Notes: a model not told the origin generated them from the letters alone. A DNA stretch of 64,000 nt from an uncultured delta proteobacterium (GCA_963814585.1 CAWFDF010000009.1:192001-256000); one strand, 5' to 3'. Counted from the stretch's first letter, positions 9,447 through 22,354 are shown. Numbers and translations are program-made.

Positions 9447-10640
9447 TCAGCGCACAGCCAGCTGCTCAAGGAGCGCGACGAGGGCCCTGGTCCGGTGCCG
9501 CCGGTCGTAGGTGCGCTCGAAGGCTGTCCGGGCGCGCTCGCCGAGCGGGGCTGATCCGCCAGCAGGCGCTTCAGCGCCGCCACGGCGCCGTCCACGTCGC
9601 CGTTCGCCACCACCTCGCCGACGCCCTCGCGCACGACCGTCCGCGCGACCTCGGAGCTCGGCTGGCCCGATGACGAGGCGGGCGGCCCGCCGCCAGCACG
9701 CCGTAGAGCTTGGAGGGCTCGAGCAGGCCGAGCGTGCAGGGGTCCATGGTGACGACGTGGACGTCTCCCGCGGAGAGCGACTCGGCGAGGCGCTCACGCG
9801 GCTGGAACGGGAACAGCCTGACGACGGCAGCTCGCGCGCCGCCGCCTCGACCTCGGCCCGCCTGCCGCCGCCGCCGACGAAGGCGAAGACCAGGTCGGTC
9901 TCGCCGCGCAGGCGGCGCGCGGCCTCGAGCAGCGTGGCGAGGTCGTGGCCGCGCCCCATGTTGCCGGAGTAGAGGACCACCCGCTTCCCGTCGAGCCCGT
10001 GCTCCCGACGGAAGGCGTTGGCCTCGTGGGCCACCGGGCGAACGCCAGCGCCGTCCGCCCAGTTGGGGATGACGTGGACCCGCCCTGCGACGACGCCCTT
10101 GGCCCGAACGCGCTCGGCCATGGCCTCACCCAGGACGACCACGCCGTCGGCGCGCCGCAGGGTGGCCCGTGAGATGCGCTCGAAGGCCCAGGTGACCGGC
10201 GACCGCGGCCCCAGCACGCCGAAGGCCACGGCGAGCTCGGGGTAGACGTCCTGCAGCCAGTAGACGAAGCGCGTGCCCTTCACGACGCGCAGGACGGCGC
10301 CGATGGAGGCGACGAGCGGCGGCGCCGTGGTGGCGAGCACCACGTCGTGCCGCGGGAGGGTGAGCGCGGTGACCAGGGCCGTGGCGAAGAAGGTGGCGTA
10401 GTCGGCGAGGCGGCCCGCGATGGAGCCCTTGCCGAAGGAGGTGCCGCCGGTGCGGACCACCTGCACCCCGCGCCAGGTCTCGCGCGCCGGGAGGCGACGG
10501 CCACCCGGGTAGCCACCGCGGGCCGCCAGCACCGTGACCTGGTGGCCGGCGGCGACGAGGTCCTCGGCGAGATCGGCGGCCAGCTGGGCCACCGCGTCGC
10601 CGTCCGGGCTGAAGAAGTGGTTGAGGAGGAGGACCTTCAT
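9447..10640 (-). CDS. GT4 glycosyltransferase (WcaI-like), frameshifted
   Basis: MKVLLLNHFFSPD; WLQDVYPE; VIPNWAD; LYSGNMGRGH; ATGA overlap with the upstream gene. Confidence 0.85.
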   Translation of the reverse strand: MKVLLLNHFFSPDGDAVAQLAADLAEDLVAAGHQVTVLAARGGYPGGRRLPARETWRGVQVVRTGGTSFGKGSIAGRLADYATFFATALVTALTLPRHDVVLATTAPPLVASIGAVLRVVKGTRFVYWLQDVYPELAVAFGVLGPRSPVTWAFERISRATLRRADGVVVLGEAMAERVRAKGVVAGRVHVIPNWADGAGVRPVAHEANAFRREHGLDGKRVVLYSGNMGRGHDLATLLEAARRLRGETDLVFAFVGGGGRRAEVEAAARELPSSGCSRSSRVSASPSRSPRETSTSSPWTPARSACSSPPSSTACWRRAARLVIGPAELRGRADGRARGRRRGGGERRRGRRRGGAEAPAGGSAPLGERARTAFERTYDRRHRTRALVALLEQLAVR

Positions 10641-12388
10641 CGGCGGGTGAGCAGCCAGTTGCCCATCGCCAGCACGTCCATCCTGGTCTTCAGGTAGCAG
10701 TTGATGGCGTCGGTGGGCGAGGTGACGATCGGCTCGTGCTCGTTGAAGCTGGTGTTGAGCACCATGCCGACGCCGGTCTGCCGCTCGAACTCGGAGATGA
10801 GGGCGTGGTAGCGGGGGTTGGCGTGCGCGCTCACGGTCTGGAGCCGGCCGGTGTCGTCCACGTGGGTGATGGCCGGCACCCGGGCCCTCTGCTCGGCGCG
10901 GACCTTGTAGACCATGGTCATGAAGGGGGACGGCTCGGTGCGCTCGAACCAGGTCCCCACCCTCTCCTCGAGCACGCTGGGCGCGAAGGGGCGGTAGGTC
11001 TCGCGGTGCTTGATGCGGGTGTTGAGGATGTCCTTCATGTCGGACCGACGGGGATCGGCCACGATGGAGCGGTTGCCGAGCGCGCGCGGCCCCCACTCCT
11101 GGGCTCCCTGGAACCAGCCGACCACCTTGCCACCGGCGATGGCGCTGGCCACGCCGGAGAAGAGCTCGGCGTCGTCGACGCGCTTCACCTCGATGCTGGC
11201 GTCCCAGGTGGAGCCGCCCCTGGCACGCTCCACCGCCGCGCCACACGGCAGCGTCATCGAAGGCAGGACCGGTGTAGGCGTGCTCCATGACGTACTGGCG
11301 GGGGCGCCGGAGCACGGCGTGCTCGACCCAGAAGGCGGCGCCCACCGCCGTGCCGTCGTCGCCGGCGCGCCGGCTGGACGAAGACCTCCTTGAACGGCGT
11401 CTTGTCGAAGATCTTGCCGTTGGCGGCCGAGTTGAGCGCGCAGCCGCCCGCCAGCGCCAGCCGGTCGAGGCGGGTCCGGGCGTGCAGGTCGTTGAGGACG
11501 TGAAAGTAGATCTCCTCGAAGACCAGCTGGGCGCTGGCGGCCAGGTCGGCCCAGCGGCCGTAGAAGTCGGGATCTTCCGGGGAGCGCTCGGGGCCAAGCA
11601 GCTCGACCAGCTTCGGGGAGTAGACGCGCCCGAGGTGAGGGCTGCCTTCTGCCCAGGACATCTCGATGCCTTCGGTGGCGTGGAGGAAGTAGCTGGTGTC
11701 GAGCTCGTACCTCCCGCCGCTGGTCGGGCGGATGAGCTTGCGCAGCGGCTCGGCGTAGCGGGGCGTGCCGTACGGCGCCAGCCCCATCATCTTCCACTCC
11801 TCGCCGTACTTGAGGAAGCCGAGGTACTGCGTGACCGCGGTGTAGAAGAGCCCGAGCGAGTGGGGAAAGGCCACCTCGTCGATGGCCACGAGATCCCGGT
11901 CGCGCCCCACGGCGCGCTGCATGGAGACGAAGTCGCCGAAGCCGTCGATGGAGAGGCAGGCCGCCTCCTCGAACGGGGAGACGAAGAAGGCGCTGGCCAG
12001 GTGGGAGCGGTGGTGGCCGACCTGGTGGACTGTGGCCCCCAGGCTGGAGACGCCCAGGGCGCTGGCCAGGTCGGCGCGGGCGCCGCTCACCTTGCCGAGG
12101 TTGGCGAGGCGGCCCGCGACCTTGCCGAGGAGGCCGGGGCTGGCGAGGGCGTGGCGCGCCTTCCGCCAGAAGTGGGCGCGTGGGTCGCGCGAGATGGCGA
12201 CGTGGGCGAGGTCGGCGGGCTTCACGCCGGCCTGGACCAGCGCCTCCCTGCGCCGCCATGACCGGGAAGCCGGCGCAGTGCTTGTGGCGGTTGAGCCGCT
12301 CCTCCTCGATGGCGAAGGCCAGCCGGCCGTCCTTCACGAGCGCCACCGACGAGTCGGCGTGATAGGCGTTGAGTCCCAGGATCGTCAT
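10637..12388 (-). CDS. Carbamoyltransferase (NodU/CmcH/TobZ family), frameshifted
   Basis: MTILGLNAYHADSS; EEERLNRHKH; HHRSHLASAF; DGFGD; LAGGCALN; GPRALGNRSI; RPFAPSV; THVDDTGRLQTV; LNTSFN. Confidence 0.9.
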   Translation of the reverse strand: MTILGLNAYHADSSVALVKDGRLAFAIEEERLNRHKHCAGFPVMAAQGGAGPGRREARRPRPRRHLARPTRPLLAEGAPRPRQPRPPRQGRGPPRQPRQGERRPRRPGQRPGRLQPGGHSPPGRPPPLPPGQRLLRLPVRGGGLPLHRRLRRLRLHAARRGARPGSRGHRRGGLSPLARALLHRGHAVPRLPQVRRGVEDDGAGAVRHAPLRRAAAQAHPPDQRREVRARHQLLPPRHRRHRDVLGRRQPSPRARLLPEAGRAAWPRALPGRSRLLRPLGRPGRQRPAGLRGDLLSRPQRPARPDPPRPAGAGGRLRAQLGRQRQDLRQDAVQGGLRPAGAPATTARRWAPPSGSSTPCSGAPASTSWSTPTPVLPSMTLPCGAAVERARGGSTWDASIEVKRVDDAELFSGVASAIAGGKVVGWFQGAQEWGPRALGNRSIVADPRRSDMKDILNTRIKHRETYRPFAPSVLEERVGTWFERTEPSPFMTMVYKVRAEQRARVPAITHVDDTGRLQTVSAHANPRYHALISEFERQTGVGMVLNTSFNEHEPIVTSPTDAINCYLKTRMDVLAMGNWLLTRR

Positions 12389-12517
12389 CGGCGCGTCAGA
12401 GTAGTCGATTGCCTGGCCCGGGCCAACGCGCCGGACGGTGGTCGCGAAGAGAACTTACCTCCTCGCATCTCGCTGGTCGCAGTTTCCCCACTCAACTCTG
12501 AAGTGGACGCTATGACC

Positions 12518-14398
12518 TCAGAACGCGGGTCGGGCAGTCTTGACGGTTGCATGCCCAAACGTCCTATCAGAGAGGAGGCTCGCCTGGTTCGCCCGGTCGC
12601 CCACTTCAAGGTGTCGCGGGTGCCACGGTTCGCGGCATTCTCGCAGCGTCTGGCTTCGCCCAGACGCGAAAGAGCCGACGTCTTGATGCTCAGGCCACGG
12701 CGGTGGGTAGGTGGTCACGAGTGAAATTGCCTCTGCCTGTCCGCTGTCGAGACCTTTCGGACCTATCACCTCCTGGAGCACGGCGAAAAGGCGTGCCTCG
12801 GAGACGTCGCCGTCAGCAAGCACATAGAAGATGGGCGATGGCGCTCTCACTTGCCGCACTTGCAGCCACCTACCAAGGTCCCCCTGTCTTATGTGGTTCT
12901 CGGCGCTGGTGAGCGCTGGGGCAACGACCTCCGCACTTCTGGCCTCCAAGCGGAATACCGTTCGCAGGCATCGCTCCACGCCCAGAGGTCGTGCCCACGA
13001 GTCTTCTCTTCGACGTCGACCACCATTGGACGGAGACGCCCCTGCCCATCCAGGTAGTACTGGGCGAAGGAGGCGTTCCAGCTATTGGGCCTTGTTAGAG
13101 ATTGACTCTGAGACCATTGGCGAGTGCCGTAACCGCCAATGGCGATGAACGCGAGGAGGATGGTCGCGATCTTCGCAACAGGATGGTGTGGACGTGACTG
13201 AACGAGCAGAGCCCGATGACTCGACCGCTAGCCACGCGGCACCGAGAAGCAAGAATGGGATGATGTCAGTTGACCTTCGAAGCCCAGTGTCGGAGCCGTT
13301 CCAGGAGAATCCCGGACGGCAGTCCAGACTGTCCAATGCACGAGGACCGAATCCTAGCGGAATAGCTACGCCGCGCCGAATCCAAAGCACAGATAGACCG
13401 ACGAGACCTCCCACCAAGGCCCAAGGAGAAAGGGCCATCTCGGCAACGCGCATCCATTCCTGCTCGACCGAGAGCTGACACAAGGTAGCTCTTTGGCGTT
13501 GCCCCCCCCATTCGCGCATAATTGAACACAGAGGACGTCGAATCGACACGTGCAAGCACTGTAACCGATGCGCCAGGAAGCAGTGTAACCAATAGGAAGG
13601 CCGCGTAGCGCGCGACCACTGCGAGGCGCGCCCGCGCATCAAGACGCCGCAGAATCGCCAAGGCCAGTATGGTTGCGGCCGGCAGCAATAGGATATTGGT
13701 CCAATGGGCGTAAAGCGCGACCCCTTGGGCCAACAGTGCACCGAAACGTGCCTCGCGAACTTCTCGGGTTGCACCACTTCCGAGGAGGGTGTTCCATCGG
13801 ATGGTCGCGGCTGCCGCCAGGACCAAAGAACAGTACGCCGAGGTTGTGCACACCCCACGGCGAAAACGTCATGCGAGTAGAGGTTTATCGATAGCAATGC
13901 GGCCGGAAGGAGGGCCGAGATGGTCAGTGACGGATCCTCCTTGGTCACACGGCAAGCGAGCGCTGTCACGCCTCCAAGCAGGCACAACGCCACAATCGTC
14001 CAGACGCTCGCCGCGATGCTCAAGAACAGGAAGTCCTGATAGGCATCGCCCTGCGACGCAGAGTGCAGCCACGCTATCGCAAGTGAAACGGTGGTGAACA
14101 AGTGGACTGGCGCAAGGACGACGGGCTTCAGGAGTACGGCGATTGTCGAACGGTTATCACGCTGCAGCGCCTCATGAATGGCCTCGTTGGGGCGGGGGAC
14201 AGGTAGCACGCGGTCGCAGGACCTGAGGTCCCTAACCCACTGCGCGAAGGTTGCCTGGTCGATACGTGGGTCGAGGTTGCGGAAGGATTGAACTCGGCTC
14301 TCCGTGGCCCACACAAGCAGGCTCAGCAGACCGCCGGCCGCCAAGGCTGCGGCGGCAGTCCTTCTGGTCCACTGTCGCCAGCTGAGGCCACTCTTCAC
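12518..14398 (-). CDS. Hypothetical multi-pass membrane protein, fragmented across frames
   Basis: Overlapping ORFs 13082-14398, 13266-13853 and 12518-12979 with hydrophobic segments. Lower GC. No recognised motif. Confidence 0.4.
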
Positions 14399-14499
14399 TT
14401 CGGTCTTCCTCGAGACCTGCCAAGCTAGGGCCCGCCATCCAGGGAGCGGTCAGTTCGGTATATGGGGCATCTCACTCGCCGTTCGTGTCCGACAGTGAA

Positions 14500-15451
14500 C
14501 CTGAGATGATTCGGGTCGTCCAATCGAGCGGGCTCCGTGGCCGCTGCTGCATATGGAGTTCGACAGCTTGTGCATATAGCGCTCGCGAGGCGATCACGCA
14601 GGCCCCTTCAAAGCGAAACGAGACTCTCAGCGTTTCTCTTCGTCGCGTGGTAGACACCGTCGTTTAGCGCCGCTCTCTCGCACCTGAGCTGGAAGCCCTT
14701 TTGCTCCAAGCTCTTCAGCAGGGCGTCCTTGTCTCCGTCCTGATAGTGGAGTTCGAAGGCGAGCTGCCGCGTCCGACCGAGGAGTTGGGAGCCGCTGGAG
14801 AAGAGCGCGTACTCGCCTCCCTCCACATCGCACTTCAGGAACGCGATCTCGCCCTGCCCGACCTTCTCGAGGATGTCTCCCTCGGAAGCCCTCCTGGTGC
14901 CCACGGGCGAGTCCTGCTGCACCGTATCAACCACCCGGCCTGCGGGCTCCCCAACAAAGGCCGATATCAGCGTACACTGCCCTTCCCATCCATTGAGGCT
15001 CAATTGGGCATTGAGGAGTTTGTTGAACCGGACGTCGGGTTCAACGGCTACTACCTTGACGTTCGGCCCATGCGCCAACGCCAGGATGGTGAAGTTCCCC
15101 ATGTTGGCTCCAAGATCGACGACAGTATCCCCATCCCGAATCGTGAGATCCTCGCCAAAGGTAGACGTCTCGGCACCAGATCTCGCGTATGCCGCCCATC
15201 ACGTGAGGCCCGAACAGCATCGCCGTAGCATTGCCCCGAGTGCAGCGAAATGGACCGGGGCCCATGGCCTCATCTACCACCTGAAGGTTGCCTGACCTGA
15301 GCACCTGCGGCAGGTTCGACACGATGAGCCCCAACCAGCGAAGGCTCACGGCGGGACCGCAGACCCGAGTCAGCCTGGCGAAATCCTGGTAGACGTCCCG
15401 GATCCGGGTGAAGTGAGTCAGGTACCGGCGCGTATCTATCGGCGATGGCAT
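14500..15451 (-). CDS. FkbM family methyltransferase, frameshifted
   Basis: IREIWCRDVY; VDLGANMGNF; VVAVEPD; FLKCDVEGGEY; AFELH. End approximate. Confidence 0.75.
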
Positions 15452-15594
15452 GACGAGAAGGCTGCTTGTGGTCGGGTGGCGGTTATGACCCAGCCTAACT
15501 CCTACCTCCGTGTTCCACTAGAGGGTAGAGTGCGGGTCCCTCGCCGAACGGGATGATTGCAGCGTCGCGGACCAGAGCAGGCAATTCGAGCCGC

Positions 15595-16525
15595 ATGATT
15601 GTATCCATTATTTGCCCTGTTGACCGTCACGCCCTCGAAGAGGCCGCGGCCGGTCTCTGCTGCGGGCTTTGTGGTCGGACGTTCCCCATTCAGAATGGCG
15701 TGATTTGCACACTCGGGCGCCTCGATGACTTCTACGAGGGTGCCTATGAGAGCGAGACGCGGTTCCTGCCGCGGAGCGAGCGGCCGTGGCACGTCTGGCC
15801 ACTCTGGCTCATCAACAGCGGCTACCTGTGGACGGTGCGCCGCTTCGTCCCGCAGGGCGCAACCGTCGTGGAGTTGGGGTGCGCAGCGGGCGTGCGGTAC
15901 TTCGGCCAGCGCTATCGAATGGTCGGCTGCGACCTGTCCTTGTCCTCTCTCGCGAGGTTGCAGGACTATGAGTGCAGAGTCCAGGCGGACGCGAAGGTCT
16001 GCATCCCCCTGCCGTCCAACTCCGTTGATGCGGTCATCAGCTCCTACTTCTGGGAACACATCCCTCCGGAGGCCAAGCCTCTGGTCCTCTCTGAGGCAAA
16101 GCGGATTCTGCGTCCCGGTGGAAAGGTCATCTTCCTGTATGACGTAAAGACTCAGAATCCGCTCATCAAGAAGTACCAGGAACAGGATCCTGACCAGTAC
16201 GATTGGCTTTCATCGCGGGTGACGGGCATCTCGGATACCAGCTTCCCGGCGAGAATCTCTATGCATTCGAGGAGGCGGGCTTTCAGGTGGTTCTGCACCG
16301 CGGCCTTGAAAAGACCTGGCTCCAATCGCCCTCGGCCTATACCAAGCTGGCGCAGTTCGGGCCTCGTGAGGCCAGGTTCTTTGGATGGCTATCGCGACGG
16401 GGCAGCCGCCAATCTATTATTTCTATACTGCGCTGATGCGGCTGATTGATGCTCTCATCTGTCCTTGGCTCCCGATGGAGTGGGCAAGGATCTGTTTGGT
16501 GGTTTGCAGGAAGGCGGACGGGTGA
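15595..16525 (+). CDS. Class I SAM methyltransferase with N-terminal Trm112-like Cys ribbon, frameshifted
   Basis: CPVD...CGLCGRTFPIQNG; VVELGCAAG; WEHI...RILRPGG. Confidence 0.75.
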
Positions 16526-16591
16526 CTCTCGACCCGCTCCGCTCCCGGGAGATTCCCCACTCGCCTTCAGGTGCTTCGGCGCCGGCCCTAG

Positions 16592-17277
16592 ATGCGGATG
16601 AGGGGGGGGCCAGTTCCAGCTCCCGCAGGCCTGCTCTACCGAAACTCTGGAAACCCCGACGCGCTGGCCCTCCTTCCTCCTTCGGCGCATCGGGTTCTCG
16701 ACGTTGGGTGTGGCGCGGGAGACAACGCTCGGCTGATGAAGGCAAGTGGAAGGACGGTCACCGGGGTGACGTGGTCCGCAACTGAGGCGGACTCGCGCGC
16801 CCTCATCTCGCCCAGGTGCTGGTCGCCGATCTCGAGGCGGGTGATCTTCCCTTGCCAGAGCGCAGCTTCGATGCACTCCTGCTCTCTCACCGTGATTGAG
16901 CACGTGCGGGAGCCCGCCGCGTTGCTGAATCGGCTCGCGCCCCTGCTGAACCCGGCCGGCATCCTGGTGGTGGCGGTGCCCAACATGGCGCCTGGAGATC
17001 TTCGCGTTCGTTTCGCCCGCGGGGACTGGAGTCGCGAGGACTCGGGCCCACTCGACCGGCACCCATCTCCAGTTCTGGAGCTTCGTGACGGCGCACGGAA
17101 ATTCCGGCCGGCACCCCGTTCGGCTGCGCGTCTCGAAGCGGTGGGGCTGAGCGTCCCCTTGTGGCCGCTGCGTCGCTTGGCTCCGTCCTTTGCCGCTGGT
17201 TGATGTTCGTCGGGCCAGTGGTGGTGTCCGAATCTTTTCACCGGTCAGGTCCTGGTCACGGCTCAGTTGGGCCGTGA
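16592..17277 (+). CDS. Class I SAM methyltransferase, frameshifted
   Basis: RVLDVGCGAG; VIEHVREP; LVVAVPN. Confidence 0.7.
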
Positions 17278-18597
17278 GCGAATCTGGGAAGGTTCTGGTT
17301 CGACCGTGCGCTTCCCTCTCCTGTCCTTCTCGCTCGGCGCCCGGCGCTCCGCTCGTCGGCCTGGTCGATCGTCTCATCGGGGCTGGCCTCGCGTAGCTGG
17401 CCCGGCTGACGGGCGTCATCCTCGCGCGGTCGCTGGGTCCGAGCTTCGCGGGGAGTTTGCGGCGCTCGTCTCGTGGATTGGGAATTCCTTGGGACGCTGT
17501 CGGATCTGGGACTTGGGTTAGCGCTCTCCTACTTGCTGGGAAGTCTCCCGACCGAGCGAACGTCTTCGTGAGCCAGGCGGCGGTGACCACCTTCCTGTTG
17601 CGCGGCAGTTGCCCTTGCGGGCGGGGTCGTGGCCTTTCTTCCGTCGTTGCGGGCCTTCGCGGGGTGAGGTCGTGCGCGGTCTGGATTGGGCTGTCGGTGC
17701 TGATGACCGGGAGCCTGGGCGGCATGGTGAGCTCCTTCTTTCTTGGGACGGGCCGGGTCATGTCGTCAATTCGCTCAATCTCGTCTCCCGTGGCTTGGCG
17801 CTCGCGGTCGTCACCTTTGGGCGGGTGGCGCGAGAGCGCCGGAGCCATACGCGTTCGCCTACGCCCTTACCCAGGCCGTCGGCTTCGCCGTGTCGCTCTG
17901 GGCGGGCCTGCACGTTGGGCATCTTCGGTGGCGGTGGTCGAGGGAGGGCTGGGGCCCGATGCTGGTTACGGCGTGAAGACCCAGGTCGCGTCCTTGGCCG
18001 CTCAGAGCAACCTGCGGCTCGATCAGGCTCTGATGTCGCCTCGTCGCGCCGGCCGACCTCGGCCTCTACGTCGTCGCGGTGGCGACGAGGTCGATGGTCG
18101 GGCCCAGTCTACTGCCGGCCTCAACGTCGCGCTGACGCCGGCAGTCATCGGGGCCCTCAGCCCGCGGAGCGGGGCGCTGCGAGCGATGCGGGCGCTGGCG
18201 CTCGGAGTGGTGGTGGCGGTGGGGCGGCGCTCGTCCTGTCGGTTGCGGGCGCGTGGCTCTTGCCGGCACTGTTCGGCTCCCTTTCCAGGGCGCGGTAGGG
18301 AATGGCGAAGGATTCTCCTGCCGCCTCGGTCTTCCAGGGTGCAAACCTCCTGTCGGCCACGGCGTTGCGGGGGATGAACCGTCCCGGTGCACCTGCGGTC
18401 GCCGAGGGGCCGGCGCGCTCGTGACAGTTGGCCTGTTTGTTGCTCTCCTTCCGGGGCTTGGAGGGACGGGCGCCGCGGTTGCTTCGCTGGTGAGCTATGG
18501 GGTCGTGGCGGTGATCGAGACGTCCATGGTTGGAGGTCCGGTTCTCTGCGACTTGCGGATGTCACCACGGAGCTTAAGGGCATCATCCCTACGCTGA
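17274..18597 (+). CDS. Wzx-like oligosaccharide flippase, heavily frameshifted
   Basis: Hydrophobic fragments; GYGVKTQVASLAAQSNLRLDQ; LGLYVVA; GLGGTGAAVASLVSYGVV. Boundaries approximate. Confidence 0.6.
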
Positions 18598-18621
18598 AGC
18601 CGCGATGGAGCCGAGCCCCAC

Positions 18622-19620
18622 ATGAGCGACCCGAGCGTGTCGGTCTTCCTGACGGCCTACAGCCGCGGACGGAAAATCGGTCGCACCATCGAGTCACTTC
18701 TCGGGCAGGACTTCGGCGACTTCGAGCTGATTATCAGCGACGACGCGTCTCCGGACGACACGGAGGCGGTCTGCCCGGACTGAGCGTCTCGATGGCGCGT
18801 CCGGTATTCCGGAACGACCGCAATCTCGGGATGCCGGGGAACCTGAACGCGGGGCTTCGTCGGTGCCCGCGTCCCTCGTGGCGAACCTTCACGACGGTGA
18901 CGTCTATCGGAAGGATTTCCTCCGCCAGTGGAAGACCGCGTTGGACGGGAACTCGGACGCGGCCTTCGCCTTCTGCCGGCTTTCTCACCTGGAGGGCGGG
19001 ACCGCCTATCGTCCATCCGGACCCCCGAACGGCTCGAGCGCGACGAGCTTCTCCGGTACATGCTCTCGATTAGAGCCGCTTCGGCAGCCCGGTGTGGGGG
19101 ACGGTCATGGGTCGCCGCGCGGTTGACGAGTCGGTCGGCTGGTTCGACGAGCGCTTCTCCTGGTACTCCGACGTTTGGATGTGGATGCGGCTCAATCACT
19201 CGTATCCGGTGATTTACGTTCGGGAGCCGCTCATCTGCCTCTTGCCGCACGAGGCTGACAGGCCGTACTCGACGCTGAACTGGTGGCACGAGCGGATTAT
19301 CATGACCATGTACGAGGACGCCGTGGACCTTCTTCACGCGGGGGACGCCGCTCGATCGCGCGGGAGCGGCGAAGACTGCGACGTATTCGGGATCGGCGGT
19401 GGTATCGCGGCGTTCGGGTAGGCCGTTCGTCGAGGTTTCGGACCGTGCTCGGGAGGGACTTGCGGTCTGTCGGTCGGAGGACAGTTTTCGCCTCCAGGTC
19501 GCGGCTCGACTCGGCGTCCCGGCACTTTGGCTGGCTACGTTCCTGCTTTCCGTCGGGTCGTTCGGCTTGCGGGAGACGTCTGGCGTGGGCGGTGGGACTG
19601 AGCTGTGCGGGGAGTCGTGA
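18622..19620 (+). CDS. GT2 glycosyltransferase, frameshifted
   Basis: MSDPSVSVFLTAY; FELIISDDASPD; RNLGMPGNLN; NLHDGD; GWFDERF..YSDV. Confidence 0.75.
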
Positions 19621-19625
19621 GGGAT

Positions 19626-21050
19626 TCACTGCGGGGTCGGCGCAGCCTGCCCCGATCGCCTGTTACCGCACCGCGTTCCCAACTTCAGCAGGACCACGAA
19701 GACGGCGGCTCGGGAGATGAAGCCGACGAATCCGGAGCCCCACTCGCTTTCCATCTTTCCGGGTCCACCGAGGAGCAGATTGAGGTAGAGCAGCATCCGT
19801 ATGGGGCTGTTCGCGGATTCCACGCTCGCCAGCTTCCAGAGCCATCCGAAGAGCAGGCCGGACGCCAGCATCCCGAGGATGACGCCGGGACACCAAAGTT
19901 CCATAGCAATTCGCCGACGGCGGTCTGTCCGACGGAGGTGGTGGCGTCGTCGATGATGGAGGATCGTCCCACGTACGCGTCGAACCACGCGCCTCGGCTC
20001 GTGACGGGCTTGTCGGCCCAGATGGCCGGGGGACGAACGCATAGAGGAGGTAATCCATCGTCTCTCCGTGACGCAGCCCGAAGTCCCTGACCTGCGAGAC
20101 GAGGAAGCCGACGGAGTTGGACGAAGACCCGGTCGACGAAATAATCTGCCGTCCGACTCCAGTCGGCGCTGTCCCGGGATGCCTGGTCCTGCGCCGCAGT
20201 ATGCTCTCAGCGAGTAGCCGCCCTGCCTCTGTTGTGTCGCCGGACCTCCGGGCCGCTGAGACCAGCGGGTACACGATGGCCCCGTACAGGACCGCGAAGG
20301 CCGCGATGAAGACCGCCACGTTTCGCACGGGTCGCCGTGATCGGAGCGCCAGCCAGGCGATCGGGAGCAGGGCGAGCATCGCGACGCCCTTGGAGTTTCC
20401 CAGGAGGCCGGCCACGAACTCGATCGCGCTACCCGCGAGCAGGAGGAGCCACGACCGTTTCGGCAGCGCCGACCCGACTCTTCCCGGATGGCGATCCAAA
20501 AGGGCGGCGAGGACGCCGTAACAGAACGCCGAGGGCGCTCCCATCCAGGAAAGCGAGGCTCGCAGGGCGCGTGAGGATGCCAGCCAGCCACAGCGCCCGT
20601 ATTTGACTTCGGGAAGGTGCATCGGCGGAGGCTGTTCTGGGCGAGGCACCGGGCGGAGGCTCGTGACCCGCAAGGTGGAAGGCCAACAGGCCAAGTATGT
20701 AAATGGCGTAGCCCGAGGCCACGTCATCCGAGGAGACCATGGCGATGGAGAAGTGGAAGAGCTTTGTTCCACTCTGCACGTCGAGGGCCTTTCTCAATCC
20801 GGCGAGTCCGAGGATCATCCACTGCCAGGCGAAGAGGTAGCCGAGCGGTCCCAGGACGAGCGGCGTGAGTCGCATCTCGAGGACGACGACGATCGGGTAC
20901 CTGCCAGACTAGCGCCATGGCTCCGAAAAGCAGCGTGGACCTGGATTGTCCCCGAGCCAGGTTGCTGAGCATCACCGGTCCGACTATCAAGATGCGAACA
21001 AGGAGTGGCGCCCATCGGCTCCTGGACGCCGAACTGGAAGCCTGCCATCA
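19626..21050 (-). CDS. Polytopic membrane protein, possibly Wzy polymerase; frameshifted
   Basis: Many TM-like segments; LLYAFVPR..P; VGQTAVGELLWNFG. Located inside the polysaccharide locus. Confidence 0.45.
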
Positions 21051-21200
21051 TGCTCGGCGGGTGCGGATGAGAGAGCGGCGAGGTGCTGCGACCCGCTGGC
21101 TCGACTCACGCTCTTCACGGCGAGCCGATACCCGGCAAGGCGTGGTCATAGCGCGGGTGAACGCTGCGAAGGCGCCTCCAGTGCGTTATAGGATCTGCGG

Positions 21201-22183
21201 TCATGATTCGTCGAGCAAATTGAACATTTCTCGATGCGGTGGCGGTAGGTGTGGTCTGCGAGCGCCCGGCGGCGCCGGCCGCCCGACCCGACCTTCCATG
21301 CGAACGGGATCCCGCGCGCCCGCGCTGAGGTGATCCAGCAACTCCTCGAAACGTCGAGAACGTGAGCACCTCTTGCCAGGCTCGAAGCAGTCCTGGATGG
21401 CGGGCCTGAATTCTATCAACTGTAGTGCCGCCCGCTCCTGCGATCTCGAAGGCCCGGCAGTTGAGGGCATTTTCCCTCCGCCAGGGGAATGTATTCAGGC
21501 ACGCGAGCGCCTCACCGAAGACCCGGCTCTTTTCTTCCCGGACGACGTACTTTCCGGTGTGCGCTCGGCGATAGCCGGGTTCGACCAGTCGGCGGGCGGG
21601 ATCCGTAGAGGGCGAGAGCAACGCCGTTTTCCATGAGTCGAACACAGATGGCCTGCCTGTAAGCGTATGAGTTTCCGACGACGGCGAGGCTGTCGTTGGC
21701 CTGCTTGCCACTGGCCTGTGCCATGTTGGGTTCATGGCCTCGTGCATCAGGTGTGCATTGCGCCCCGCCATGCGCAGTTTCGCAACAGCTTCGGCGTCCT
21801 TGGCCAACACGACATCCCATCCTGGGTCCAGCATGCCCCACCGGATGCTATTCGCGGGCGGGTCACCCCACCAAAGGATGCGCCTTGGACCACTGTATTC
21901 TTGAGTTCCTCCAGCACCATCGGATGAAGCCCGCGGGTAAGGGAAAGAACGACCTGGGGCCGAAGGCCGCGGCCAGTTCGAGGACTCTTCTGTCCTCCCG
22001 TGTCGGCGTATCCCCCCAGAGGCGCGCCTCGATGGTCCGAAGAGCCATTCTCGGCAACGAGTAGTAGTCGTCATGCCTCACACGGACCGCAGACTGGACT
22101 TCATGCCCCATGGCCTTCAGCGTCAGGGCGACATTCTCCGAGAAGGAGTCTTCGTAGTTGGGGGTTGCCACCAGGATCTTCAT
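21201..22183 (-). CDS. CgeB/YkvP-like glycosyltransferase, frameshifted
   Basis: MKILVATPNYEDSF; WWGDPP; KLRMAGRNAHLMHEAMNP; LNCRAFEIAGAGG. Confidence 0.7.
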
Positions 22184-22354
22184 GCTGCCGCTCCGCTCCT
22201 TCCTCACCAACCTGCCCGCCAACTATGCCTGAGACCCGCCATGGTTCCTTCTCTGGTGGGCCCATGCAACCCTCATCCGAGATCGCGCTCGCGCCCTATC
22301 TTCGAAAGTGGGCTTCCTCCTTGGCCCTGCGCATGCTGCAGAAGCTGCTATTGC

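Noticed and set aside
21241..21252. ops/JUMPStart-like GGCGGTAG
   Set aside because: Lacks the nnTG tail, lies inside a gene on the opposite strand, and is not in a leader.
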